IMG/VR virus record: IMGVR_UViG_3300010354_007935 | Coordinates: 46,284-110,283 of that record | Direction: 5' to 3' (one strand) | From: a virus | Lineage: Duplodnaviria > Heunggongvirae > Uroviricota > Caudoviricetes | DNA: 64,000 nt | Part shown: one piece after another, positions 32,284 to 41,361 of the stretch | Numbering within the stretch: the stretch's first letter is position 1 | How the letters are laid out: every line of letters starts with the position of its first letter | Program-made: the position numbers and the translations under genes | Notes under the pieces: model-generated | Database searches by the model: none | What the model saw: only the letters and a program-made list of their open reading frames with translations | Told to the model about the DNA's origin: nothing

Positions 32284-32498
32284 TTGAGTGCTTCTAGAGT
32301 TTGTCGTTTTGCCTCGTCTGCAACTTCCATTTTATGAATAGTTTGCAAACCTCTAAACATTTCTTCTACAACATGAATTATAGCTTCTTTACCTTCTTCG
32401 GTCAAGTGACTATATTCCGCTCCAACAGAACTTTCATGCCAAACACGTTGATTTTGACTTAGCTCTAACAACGCACCGTAGATGATGTCTTTGTTCAT
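32280..32498 (-). CDS. hypothetical small protein (start revised)
   Basis: The track ORF 32280..32717 overlaps the ligase 3' end by ~200 nt in another frame. An internal Met (MNKDI) at 32498 removes the overlap. Confidence 0.25.
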   Translation of the reverse strand: MNKDIIYGALLELSQNQRVWHESSVGAEYSHLTEEGKEAIIHVVEEMFRGLQTIHKMEVADEAKRQTLEALK

Positions 32499-32511
32499 TG
32501 AACGTCTTATA

Positions 32512-33834
32512 TTAAATTTTCTCGCCATCTTTAAAGCCTCTGAAACGGATAAACCTCGGAAAACGTAGCGAATAAGAACCATCCTGATTCTGAGTGACTG
32601 CGTCAGCTCGTACTTCCACGACTTTCCCAACCACTTCTTCACGAGCTGTCCAGTAATCATCGCGGTTAGCGTCACTGAAGCCGCTACCAACATTAACTCG
32701 TATAGATTTTTCGTCATCTACACCCTCACAAACCAAGGCACCTAATTTACCTACATTACGACCAGTGCCTTCTTCTACAGCCGTAACAGTCAACGAAACT
32801 TCGATAAAAGGTTTAAGTTTAAGCCAAGCCACACTACGCTTGCATTCATACGGAGCAGTTGGCTCTTTAATCATAATACCTTCGTAGCCGCCTTCGATAG
32901 CCTTTTGATTAATTTCTTTAAAACGCTTTTTACCTTCAGGGGTATCGAGATCGACAGCTTCGTGGTCAAGGCAAGTAACATTAGGTAGTGCATCTTGATG
33001 CTTTTCTACCCACGCTTTGACATAAGCACTACGAGTCAGTTGATCTTTGTCCCAGCTACCTTCTTGGAACTTATCCAACGGGCACATATCAAACAAGTGT
33101 AGCACAGCATCGTCTGCGGCTACATCGCTCTTACGATGAACCTGTTTCATCAAGTCTTGGAAACTGCTAGACATAATTTCGCCGTCTAGTACAAGGTCAT
33201 ACTTAGGAGGATCTTTTTTAACTACGGCACTAATTTGTGATTTAATAGTTTCAAAGTTCACCAGTTCTTTGCCGTTGCGAGAAAACTGATCAACACGGCC
33301 ATCAGTACGAACAATCGTAATAACTCGGACACCGTCGAGTTTGACTTCAATAAGTTTCTTTCCTGTGACCTTTGCCTCATGATTAGCACTATCATGAGCA
33401 AGCTGGCAAGTAAAAATGGGTACAGCATAATTGGGCCATTTCTTTTCTACAACCTTGTTGATTGTTTTTTCGCTGGCGCCGCAACGCAGATCCTTGATAA
33501 GGATGCGACGATACCAACCATTCCACTCAGATTGAGTGGCAGTATTCATCAGTGCCTCAACGGCACTCCTGGCAACATTGCCTGTGAGCTCACGATTAGA
33601 TAAACGCTGAGCAACACTATTAAAAGCATCCCAAGATAAGCCAGGCCCGTCTTCATTAGTTTTCTCCGGTATTTGTTTAAGTCCAAACGTAATCATTGGA
33701 TCTAATGCAAGCTGTGCGCCTTCAAAAAATTCGTTATTACCAGCTTCGGCTTGGGCAAGAATAATTGCTTCTTTATCCAAACGACTATTGTGGGTTTCTA
33801 ATGCGGAAATAACATATTGACAAGGATCGCTCAC
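32512..33834 (-). CDS. lig: ATP-dependent DNA ligase
   Basis: 440 aa. KxDG adenylation motif (EVKLDGVRVI) and downstream ligase motifs (DGEIM..., EGIMIKEP). Confidence 0.85.
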   Translation of the reverse strand: MSDPCQYVISALETHNSRLDKEAIILAQAEAGNNEFFEGAQLALDPMITFGLKQIPEKTNEDGPGLSWDAFNSVAQRLSNRELTGNVARSAVEALMNTATQSEWNGWYRRILIKDLRCGASEKTINKVVEKKWPNYAVPIFTCQLAHDSANHEAKVTGKKLIEVKLDGVRVITIVRTDGRVDQFSRNGKELVNFETIKSQISAVVKKDPPKYDLVLDGEIMSSSFQDLMKQVHRKSDVAADDAVLHLFDMCPLDKFQEGSWDKDQLTRSAYVKAWVEKHQDALPNVTCLDHEAVDLDTPEGKKRFKEINQKAIEGGYEGIMIKEPTAPYECKRSVAWLKLKPFIEVSLTVTAVEEGTGRNVGKLGALVCEGVDDEKSIRVNVGSGFSDANRDDYWTAREEVVGKVVEVRADAVTQNQDGSYSLRFPRFIRFRGFKDGEKI

Positions 33835-33879
33835 AGTAAACTCCAGTAGTTAGTTTACCACTATTATATACGATCTTGT

Positions 33880-34611
33880 TTAGTAAGTCAAGTAGTTGTT
33901 TGTTCGAAATGGCTTGCCAAGTTCAACGTTTGGTAATTGCGAAATGGCTTTTCTTTTGATACGTTTGATAATCGGATGATTATGGTTATGCCCAAACGTT
34001 TCCATATATTTGTAAAACGTAGTTCTCTTATGGCGCTTGTATTGGTTGGAATCCAAATATTTTGCAGCCGCATCAAAGTCATTGTCAAATCGATCATAAA
34101 GATCGCAAGCAATGTTGAAACTAAATGCACCCATTTCATCTCGATCTCCGTAATACTGCTGAGCTTTACGATCACGGGCATAGTACGCTGTGCTTTCGTA
34201 TCCAGGAATGGCTTTAAAGTTTCGGCTGCGGTATTGTCTGCAATGAATTATCTCATGTAACATTGTATCTGCAAATAGCGTACATAGTCGTAGCCAACGA
34301 TGTCTGCTTAATTTGAAATACTGTTGTGTGCTATTATAGCTAAAGATTACTTCAATGTAACGACCCGATTGTGTTTTGTCTGGCACACTATAGTAAGTAC
34401 CGCCAACATAAACATAGCCCTTGTCATTTTTTGGATCTCTATCCATTTTGACTTTAATAGGCATATGGCGCTTGATGTGCTTGGCCATTAATTCGTGTAG
34501 CTTTTCTACACTGAGTCTTTGATCAACAACTTTGCTTTGTATGCTGTTTAACATACAAAATAAAGCGTCTCTTGTGAGCAAACTCCAGTTAAAGGGTTTA
34601 CGGACTACCAT
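33880..34611 (-). CDS. HExxH zinc-metalloprotein family protein (paralogue of 43910..44575)
   Basis: 243 aa. MLHEIIHCRQYRSRN... aligns with IHEYRHQGQYRKRN... in the paralogue. Confidence 0.4.
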   Translation of the reverse strand: MVVRKPFNWSLLTRDALFCMLNSIQSKVVDQRLSVEKLHELMAKHIKRHMPIKVKMDRDPKNDKGYVYVGGTYYSVPDKTQSGRYIEVIFSYNSTQQYFKLSRHRWLRLCTLFADTMLHEIIHCRQYRSRNFKAIPGYESTAYYARDRKAQQYYGDRDEMGAFSFNIACDLYDRFDNDFDAAAKYLDSNQYKRHKRTTFYKYMETFGHNHNHPIIKRIKRKAISQLPNVELGKPFRTNNYLTY

Positions 34612-34669
34612 GATTAACTCCTACACAAAGTATTTATAGCTTACATGATAGTCCAATTAACTGCTACTA

Positions 34670-35260
34670 TTATGGGCGTTTTTCCACAATCTCGTCAATC
34701 AACCCATATTCTAGGGCTTCTTGTGCGCTCATGAACTTATCACGTTCCATATCTACACTAAATTGGGCAAAAGTTTTACCCTTACTATTGTGCTTGACAT
34801 AGATTTCTGTCAAAGATTTCTTCATTTTTAGAATTTCTTCGACTTGAATCTGCATGTCTGTAGCCTGTCCACGAGCACCGCCCGAGGGCTGGTGAATCAT
34901 GTGTCTTGCGTTTGGGAGCATTTTTCGCTTGCCTGGAGCTCCTGCTGTGGCAAGGAGACTGCCCATACTGCAAGCCTGGCCCATAACAATGGTGCTAACA
35001 TCGGGTTTGATAAACTGCATAGTATCGTAGATTGCCATTCCCTCAGTAACGACTCCGCCTGGACTGTTGATAAAGAAGTGTATGTCTTCATTTCCTTGAC
35101 TCTCCAAAAATAGTAGCTGTGCTACAATAAGGCTAGCACTATGTTCGTTAACATCTGTATCTAGCATAACAATTCTATCCTTGAGCAAACGACTATAAAT
35201 GTCGTAACTGCGTTCTCCGCGTCCTTCTTGCTCAATAACCATTGGTACCAAATTAGGCAT
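34670..35260 (-). CDS. clpP: ATP-dependent Clp protease proteolytic subunit ClpP
   Basis: [23 protein letters not shown]...GQACSMGS (Ser)...MIHQP (His). The track ORF extends to 35311, but the ClpP-like N-terminus begins at the Met at 35260. Confidence 0.9.
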   Translation of the reverse strand: MPNLVPMVIEQEGRGERSYDIYSRLLKDRIVMLDTDVNEHSASLIVAQLLFLESQGNEDIHFFINSPGGVVTEGMAIYDTMQFIKPDVSTIVMGQACSMGSLLATAGAPGKRKMLPNARHMIHQPSGGARGQATDMQIQVEEILKMKKSLTEIYVKHNSKGKTFAQFSVDMERDKFMSAQEALEYGLIDEIVEKRP

Positions 35261-35435
35261 CTTTCTCTCCAAAAATATACGCATCCATTTTGCGCTTAGT
35301 TGTTTCTTCATCCTTCATAGCACAATCAAAACAGATATTCTCATCGTTTGGCCCATAAGGTCTGCACTCGTCTACAACACCACACATTTCACATACTTCG
35401 TCTGGTTGTTGTGCAATAAATCCAGGTCCACTCAT
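35253..35435 (-). CDS. small zinc-ribbon protein (60 aa)
   Basis: [10 protein letters not shown]...CFDCAMKDE (two CxxC pairs). Confidence 0.35.
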   Translation of the reverse strand: MSGPGFIAQQPDEVCEMCGVVDECRPYGPNDENICFDCAMKDEETTKRKMDAYIFGEKDA

Positions 35436-36235
35436 TAGCGACCGCCGATGTTGCCTAGAGCAGTCATATTGCTAGGAACAATAATAGTGTTGACTTTACC
35501 ATTCTTAATACCTTCGGAGATATTAAGTTCAGCTTGGGCTCGCATGTAAGCAATAGCGGCTGAGTTTTGATTAGCTAGAGCAGCCATACGACGAGCTTCT
35601 GCTTCGGCAGTTTTCACTTCAACTTCCTTTTGTTTGAGTTCGTTTTTACTACGAACCAATTCGTTAGCACTAGCGACAACTGAGTCAGCAGGTACGATGT
35701 TACGAATCAGTACTTGGCCGATAACCAAACTGCCGTCTAGCTTTTCTTCTGCTAGAGTCTTTTGGATCTGCTCCTTGATGCTTTGTTCCATAGTCTGACG
35801 ATTATCTGCCATATCCAATGCTTCGTACTTACGTGCTTCTTTGTAGATAGCATTACGAGCAGTTTGAGTGATGTAATTGTACATCAAATAAATGTCGCCG
35901 TTATGTTTGGCATGAAATGCTTGACTTTTGGTGCTATACAACTCTGCAACTTGTGCTTGATTGATGTTATAGATAACCACAGCATCAAAGTCTTTCATTG
36001 TGCTATTATCTTTAGCAACAGGAGTCATGTCATCAAGTTTGACGTTAACATCCTTGATAGGAAAAGTAAGAACGTCGCCAATCAAAACTTGGTTGAAGGA
36101 TCCGGGCAGAAGCTCGCCACTTTGGACCTGCTTGTCAAAACCAACACGTACACCAACCTCACCGGTTTCGATACGGGTACAGCCAGTAGCGAGAACAGCG
36201 GCGGCGATTAAAGAAAGAGTTGCGATACGTTTCAT
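35435..36235 (-). CDS. SPFH/band-7 (HflC/prohibitin-like) lipoprotein
   Basis: The likely start is MKRIATLSLIAAAVLATGC (lipobox), with a GGAG SD upstream. SPFH-domain pattern (GEVGV...VKLDDMTP...) and an Ala/Glu-rich coiled-coil C-terminus. Confidence 0.65.
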   Translation of the reverse strand: MKRIATLSLIAAAVLATGCTRIETGEVGVRVGFDKQVQSGELLPGSFNQVLIGDVLTFPIKDVNVKLDDMTPVAKDNSTMKDFDAVVIYNINQAQVAELYSTKSQAFHAKHNGDIYLMYNYITQTARNAIYKEARKYEALDMADNRQTMEQSIKEQIQKTLAEEKLDGSLVIGQVLIRNIVPADSVVASANELVRSKNELKQKEVEVKTAEAEARRMAALANQNSAAIAYMRAQAELNISEGIKNGKVNTIIVPSNMTALGNIGGR

Positions 36236-36329
36236 TACATTACTCCAATTGAAAAAAGATAAACTGCCAAAACAAAGCCTAGTGCGGTATACGCAAGGCG
36301 CCCCAAAATTGCTAAAACCATTTTGATTC

Positions 36330-36507
36330 CTTAAAAAATTACAACAATAGCAATTAATGTTGCCAGAGTTAGTATAGCACAACCTAGGCTGTACGTCAAG
36401 AGTTTAGACATGGACCACAGTTCTTTTCCAGTCATTTCTCTCACAGCACGAATACCAAAAAAGAACAATCCAAATACCACAATAAATGCCAAAACTAATC
36501 TAATCAT
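36330..36507 (-). CDS. small hydrophobic membrane peptide (58 aa)
   Basis: Manual translation MIRLVLAFIVVFGLFFFGIRAVREMTGKELWSMSKLLTYSLGCAILTLATLIAIVVIF. ATGA overlap with the upstream gene. A second ~28-aa hydrophobic ORF follows at ~36236..36320. Confidence 0.3.
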
Positions 36508-37208
36508 TTTAATATCCTAAAGTCAAACATTTTATAATAATCAAACGGATAATCTACTTTAGTAATATGTGTTTCGAATTTAGTAGTTGACTGGGTCAAA
36601 ACTATATCTTCGAAAAACTTTCTAAGCAAATTACCTTCGTCTAATTGAATATTATACACAAACCGATTGTCGTCAGCGAACCAGTAAAAAATAAATTTCT
36701 TTTTGTTAACCCAACGACTAGTTTGATGGATATAGACTAATTCTCTTTGAAACTTTTTTAGATTAGGTTTAACTAACGGGCAGTCAGTGACTTGATAATT
36801 TTTGATAATTGAGTCTAGTACCTGATCTTCTTGGTAAAAGTGAGGCAAAGTTACAACCATGCCAACTTCTTTTTTACTCAGTGTTGACTTAACTTGTGAC
36901 AAAAATTGCACTAGATTGCTACGATAGTCACTTAGACGCGAGTCTTTTAAGTTAACCCACATCATTTTCTTGCTGTAATACTCTTTAATAACTTGAGCAT
37001 CGTTAAAGTCGTCCCCTGTTAAGGCGGCTTTAACATTTGGGTCATCGAGTCGATACCATTTAGACGGATCTTCGTCTCGTATTTTCTTAAGACGTACACT
37101 AAGCACCAACGGATCGACATCAAACTTAGTTGGTGCTTCTCGATACTCTGCGTTGAAAATACTGGATAGAGTATCTTCTGTTGTAAGATCTACAGTAGCT
37201 ATATTCAT
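36504..37208 (-). CDS. hypothetical protein (234 aa)
   Basis: ORF with start/stop overlap to its neighbours. Confidence 0.35.
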   Translation of the reverse strand: MNIATVDLTTEDTLSSIFNAEYREAPTKFDVDPLVLSVRLKKIRDEDPSKWYRLDDPNVKAALTGDDFNDAQVIKEYYSKKMMWVNLKDSRLSDYRSNLVQFLSQVKSTLSKKEVGMVVTLPHFYQEDQVLDSIIKNYQVTDCPLVKPNLKKFQRELVYIHQTSRWVNKKKFIFYWFADDNRFVYNIQLDEGNLLRKFFEDIVLTQSTTKFETHITKVDYPFDYYKMFDFRILK

Positions 37209-37759
37209 TAATCAAGCTCTTTCAATGCTTGTGGCGCACGAGCTGCCGCAATTTCGCGTTGGCGATTTGCTTCTTTAGCACGTTTTAGAACGTTGGCATC
37301 GCCGGTAGGCAGGGCAACTAGAACATAAGTCCTGTAACGACCGCCTTCATTGATACGTTTAATTTCTTTGACTTCAACTCCAGTCAAGTCAACTTCTTTG
37401 CAACTAGAACGCAGAGCCATTTCACTAAACTCAGTGCTGGTTGCTTCACTATCAGTGCGATAAATTTTAGTACGTTGGCTAGTAGTACCACCAGCAGTCA
37501 TACAGATTTTACCGTAAGCATCTGCCTTAGCTTTTTGGTCTGCCATGCTGAAATCCGAACTCACCGCAGTACCTGCTTCGTAGACTGCACTTTTGCTAAC
37601 TGGTAGCTCAGTCATCCACTTAGGTGCTTTGTCAATAACACGTTCAGCAAGTTTTTCTCTGCGTTCGTATTCTTGTTCTGCACGTTTTTGATACGGGTCA
37701 CTAGTACCACAAGCTGTCAATGCCGCAATAATTGGCAATAGAATAAAAACCTTTTTCAT
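37208..37759 (-). CDS. lipoprotein (183 aa)
   Basis: MKKVFILLPIIAALTACGTS, a signal peptide with an L-T-A-C lipobox. Confidence 0.5.
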   Translation of the reverse strand: MKKVFILLPIIAALTACGTSDPYQKRAEQEYERREKLAERVIDKAPKWMTELPVSKSAVYEAGTAVSSDFSMADQKAKADAYGKICMTAGGTTSQRTKIYRTDSEATSTEFSEMALRSSCKEVDLTGVEVKEIKRINEGGRYRTYVLVALPTGDANVLKRAKEANRQREIAAARAPQALKELD

Positions 37760-37761
37760 TA

Positions 37762-37884
37762 TTTTCCACCCATCTTTTCTTTAGTCCACTCTGCTGTGGA
37801 TTGAATATCCTTACCAACACCTGCTACAGTTGAGCAAGCAGATAGAGTAAGGGCCAAAATTAATGCTGTAAATGTTTTCATTTT
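37762..37884 (-). CDS. entericidin-like small lipoprotein (40 aa)
   Basis: Manual translation MKTFTALILALTLSACSTVAGVGKDIQSTAEWTKEKMGGK. The LSAC lipobox followed by GVG.DI resembles entericidin EcnA/B (TACNTTRGVGEDI). ATGA overlap with the preceding 42-aa TM peptide (37881..38009). Confidence 0.4.
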
Positions 37885-38042
37885 GCCATCTCCTGTGACT
37901 GTGTTTTAACGGTATCAATGCCCCTATCAAGAATTCGAGCAACGCCCGAAAAACCAACAGTAGCAACTACCAAGCCTAAAATAAAGCCTATTGCAATTTT
38001 AACCATATGTGCCTCTGTGTGAGTTGTAACGACTTTATTATA

Positions 38043-38513
38043 TTACACTTCGGTAATAGCGTCAACTTTTTTGGCAGAAAGGTAATCTTTTTCTTTATAA
38101 GTTTTGATCATGTGGCATCGGCAACATAGTGTTTGGATATTTTCGGCAATATCTTTTCCACCATCCGCTTGGCGTTCCAAATGATCGCCGTGCATCACGC
38201 CCCGCATACAGCGAAGTTTATGGAACGGATCTTCGATGTCATCGAATTGAGAATCTTCTCTTGGATCGTATTTGCATTTAACACAAACCCAACCACGATA
38301 GAATGTGTATGGGCGGTCGGCCTTACCCATTCCACCGTATTCAGCTAGCATTAGTTGGTGCTCGCGACAGTAACTATCACTGCCCGGGCCTTCGTAGTGC
38401 GTTAAGGGATTGCAACAATCTTCGAGCGCACAAGTTAGACCCTTACCAATCTGTTCCTTTAAGACTCCACGACTTTTACGCTTGTCGTATTGCGGATCAC
38501 GCAACTTGCTCAT
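38043..38513 (-). CDS. HNH endonuclease family protein
   Basis: 156 aa. CVKCKYD...HGDHLERQADGGKD...CCRCHMIK (CxxC ... H-N-H-like ... CxxCH). Confidence 0.55.
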   Translation of the reverse strand: MSKLRDPQYDKRKSRGVLKEQIGKGLTCALEDCCNPLTHYEGPGSDSYCREHQLMLAEYGGMGKADRPYTFYRGWVCVKCKYDPREDSQFDDIEDPFHKLRCMRGVMHGDHLERQADGGKDIAENIQTLCCRCHMIKTYKEKDYLSAKKVDAITEV

Positions 38514-39678
38514 CTTTAATCACTTCCCAAAGCCATGCTTTTTTAACAGTAAAACCATTGTTAGCTTCGTACTTAGGTACAGCCAGTTTGGTACTAGCCT
38601 TAAGTTGGGCAATCAAGAACGGAATACCTGTACGCATTTCTGTAGTAAACCCACGAACGATTAGCTCGCCTTTGGCATTGTATTCCTTTTGGTCTGGAGG
38701 AGTGATAGATTCGTACCAATTTGTGTACGCATCTTTAACTTTACTCCAGAAAGGACCATTAGGACTGAAGTCTGCGTCAAAGTAGTCTTTGGTAAATTGG
38801 GTAAACTTAATCAAGTATTCTCGATTAACTTTAATTCCTTGTTCGTGACAAATATTGAAATACTCGTAAAGCTGTCTAGCCTCCTTGGGCTCAACTGGAC
38901 GTTCTTGTCGTAGCAGTGACCAATACTCGGCAAACATTCGAGTAACATCGATATCCTTAAGACTCTTCTCGCTGTCGCTCATAATGGTGCCAGCTAACAG
39001 AGTAAATGCACCTGGTTGGTCTTCGTCACCCATTTTTTCATGGGTAACAAACAGTCCTGCATTTTGGAGATACTCTTGCTTCTTTGCGGCTGCTTCCCAA
39101 ACAGGATCGTTAGAACCGTCGATCAAAACTCCACAAACCATTTGTCGATATTTGTCGTAGAAGTCCAGAGGCTTCTTTGCTTCTCCGTTAAGCAAAATGA
39201 AGTTACGACGGATTTCTGCTTTCATTTTAACAGGGTAGACTACAATTGGAACGGTGATATCTCCAGCCCGTTCGCCGAAAATCTTAGTTGCCAAAATATA
39301 TAATACTATAGCAGTATGTTGCCCGTCCCAGGCAACATAATAACCCGGCTTCTCAGGATCTTCGTAGACCTGAATAGCCATTACCATTGTTTCTTTAAAA
39401 TGGTCCAAAATACTCAGAACGTGCTCAAAATTTACTTGACGTTGCATAGTGGTATCAATAAGGATCTTGTCCATAGTGGTACTCAAACTCTGGCACAAAT
39501 GCAAGTCGCCAAACTTTTTCCATTGTTTATTTCTACGTTTGAATTCGGCAATCGCGGCATCCATTTCGGCAGGAAAGGTACCAGTCAAACATTCGTTCAA
39601 ACGTTCGCGCAAACTAATAAAATGACTACTTGTTTTTTTGAAAAAGTCATTTACTTTTTGAGCATAATTTTTCATCAA
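38497..39678 (-). CDS. hypothetical protein with DGQH motif (possible ParB/DndB-like nuclease fold)
   Basis: 393 aa. VAWDGQHTAIVLYILAT resembles DGQHR-domain proteins (Arg replaced by Thr). Confidence 0.25.
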   Translation of the reverse strand: MMKNYAQKVNDFFKKTSSHFISLRERLNECLTGTFPAEMDAAIAEFKRRNKQWKKFGDLHLCQSLSTTMDKILIDTTMQRQVNFEHVLSILDHFKETMVMAIQVYEDPEKPGYYVAWDGQHTAIVLYILATKIFGERAGDITVPIVVYPVKMKAEIRRNFILLNGEAKKPLDFYDKYRQMVCGVLIDGSNDPVWEAAAKKQEYLQNAGLFVTHEKMGDEDQPGAFTLLAGTIMSDSEKSLKDIDVTRMFAEYWSLLRQERPVEPKEARQLYEYFNICHEQGIKVNREYLIKFTQFTKDYFDADFSPNGPFWSKVKDAYTNWYESITPPDQKEYNAKGELIVRGFTTEMRTGIPFLIAQLKASTKLAVPKYEANNGFTVKKAWLWEVIKDEQVA

Positions 39679-39722
39679 TTGAATCCTGTGTGTTAGTTGA
39701 TGTGTATATTATACGGCTTTTC

Positions 39723-40241
39723 TTACCATTTGTCAACCACGATCCAATCATTGTCGTTAACTTGACAAATTACACCGTGGTTTACACGCAACTTATTATT
39801 TTGGACATACCGTTCTTTAAACAATCGGCATTTGGAATTATTATATTTGAAATATCCAGTTTGGCGTTCAGCGCGAAGTAATTCGTTTTCCATAACCACT
39901 TCACCAACTTTAACCGGCTTATCAAATAGTTCTCCACCTTCTTTACAAGTGGTAACTACTTCGGTTCGATACTTACCAGCCAGTGTTACCAGCAGTTCAT
40001 TCTTACCACGCTCAATAGCTTCGGCACAATCTTTATGGGCAGAGTTTACCTTGTGCTCAACACCATTAACCAAAATAGAATAACTAACTTGACAACTATC
40101 GCCTTTGACAGTTTTAATCAAATTGAGTACAGGCCCGGTTTCTACTTCCTGTATCATTTGGCTAGCTTCTTTTACACGGCAATCGGCAAGAGCTTCTTTG
40201 AAAACAAATAGTGCAACAACAGCCAATATAAAGTATTTCAT
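39723..40241 (-). CDS. secreted protein (signal peptide)
   Basis: MKYFILAVVALFVFKEALA signal sequence. Several Cys. Confidence 0.4.
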   Translation of the reverse strand: MKYFILAVVALFVFKEALADCRVKEASQMIQEVETGPVLNLIKTVKGDSCQVSYSILVNGVEHKVNSAHKDCAEAIERGKNELLVTLAGKYRTEVVTTCKEGGELFDKPVKVGEVVMENELLRAERQTGYFKYNNSKCRLFKERYVQNNKLRVNHGVICQVNDNDWIVVDKW

Positions 40242-40489
40242 TCTACACCGCATTTCCAAGTGTACCACCAAATAGTAGCTTTGAGTCTACTATTGTAAGC
40301 ACGATCTTCTTCGTTTAGGTTGTCTGGATTAGGGTCAAAGTTTTTACGCATCTGAACCTTACGCAACTGTGCCAATTGCTTGTCGGCTTTGGCACATTGC
40401 ATAGGGTAGTCTACTAATTGCTGATAAGTTAGATTGGTATCTTCGCATCCAACTAACAGACAAAATAGTAGTGGTATCATGTATTTCAT
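40238..40489 (-). CDS. small lipoprotein (83 aa)
   Basis: MKYMIPLLFCLLVGC lipobox. Confidence 0.4.
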   Translation of the reverse strand: MKYMIPLLFCLLVGCEDTNLTYQQLVDYPMQCAKADKQLAQLRKVQMRKNFDPNPDNLNEEDRAYNSRLKATIWWYTWKCGVE

Positions 40490-40932
40490 TGTGCAGATTC
40501 ATCTAAACGAACGTTAGACAAACCTGCAACTGTTTGGAATTTTTCCCAAGCAATTTTAGCAGACGGATTATTTTCCAGCTCATCGCTAGGTAGTACAGTT
40601 TCCAGCCAGTAGTAGGGCATACGACGAGGATGGGCACCAAACTGTCGAGGCTGGTGAAGTTTACCCGACTCCCAGAGTTCGATGCTGACGCTACGGAATA
40701 GATCTTCGTCCTCATCGCCGTAGCTACCCCATTCTGGGTTGCTACCACCGAACATTCTAATCATACTTCCGCGATTGCTACCACCGGCATAACCTTGCCA
40801 AATGCCCTGCCATTGTTTATCGTCGTGCGGATCAAAATCCGTACGAGAAATAACAACAAGGACATCTGCAATGTCTACTTTGCCTTCGACAATATCTCTA
40901 ACACAACGGCTATAACTGAGACCAATTTTCAT
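40486..40932 (-). CDS. hypothetical protein (148 aa)
   Basis: ORF with start/stop overlap to its neighbours. Confidence 0.3.
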   Translation of the reverse strand: MKIGLSYSRCVRDIVEGKVDIADVLVVISRTDFDPHDDKQWQGIWQGYAGGSNRGSMIRMFGGSNPEWGSYGDEDEDLFRSVSIELWESGKLHQPRQFGAHPRRMPYYWLETVLPSDELENNPSAKIAWEKFQTVAGLSNVRLDESAQ

Positions 40933-41294
40933 AGTGTAAACTCGATTCGTTTAATGCTATCCCAACGGAAGCTACGCCATTCTTTAACTTCTAGGTCATA
41001 GACTGACATAACATCCTCGTTCTTTTTCTTTTCCTTTTTAGGAACTGCTACTTCTTCAGTAAGGACGGGAACTTGCGGAACAAGATCTGAACTGGTAGTG
41101 CAGTTCATTATTCTTTCTGTTCCGTCCTTCTTAGTAAATGTAACAGTTATAGGGCCGAAATTCAAGTGGCCTTTTAGCCACTTTTTAAAAGCCTTAAACT
41201 CCTTCTCGGTTTTCAGTATTGTCTGAATTCCGAAGTTCGAGTTGTCGTTTGAGTTCTGCATTTTCAGCCTCCAATTTTTCGATATGGTTTGCAA
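40929..41294 (-). CDS. hypothetical protein (121 aa)
   Basis: ORF with start/stop overlap to its neighbour. Confidence 0.3.
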   Translation of the reverse strand: MQTISKNWRLKMQNSNDNSNFGIQTILKTEKEFKAFKKWLKGHLNFGPITVTFTKKDGTERIMNCTTSSDLVPQVPVLTEEVAVPKKEKKKNEDVMSVYDLEVKEWRSFRWDSIKRIEFTL

Positions 41295-41361
41295 TATGAG
41301 TTACGAATTCGGCAAGATTCTTGCCAGTTTGTCTAGTCATTTCGACAATACTAATTTCCAT

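Noticed and set aside
32280-32717. 145-aa ORF overlapping the 3' end of the DNA ligase gene by ~200 nt in another frame
   Set aside because: An extensive out-of-frame overlap with a confidently identified ligase is unlikely. Only the non-overlapping portion from the internal Met at 32498 is kept, at low confidence.
35762-36326. Plus-strand ORFs 35762..36211 and 36000..36326 opposite the SPFH gene
   Set aside because: Antisense to a gene with a clear SPFH-domain signature. Likely spurious.
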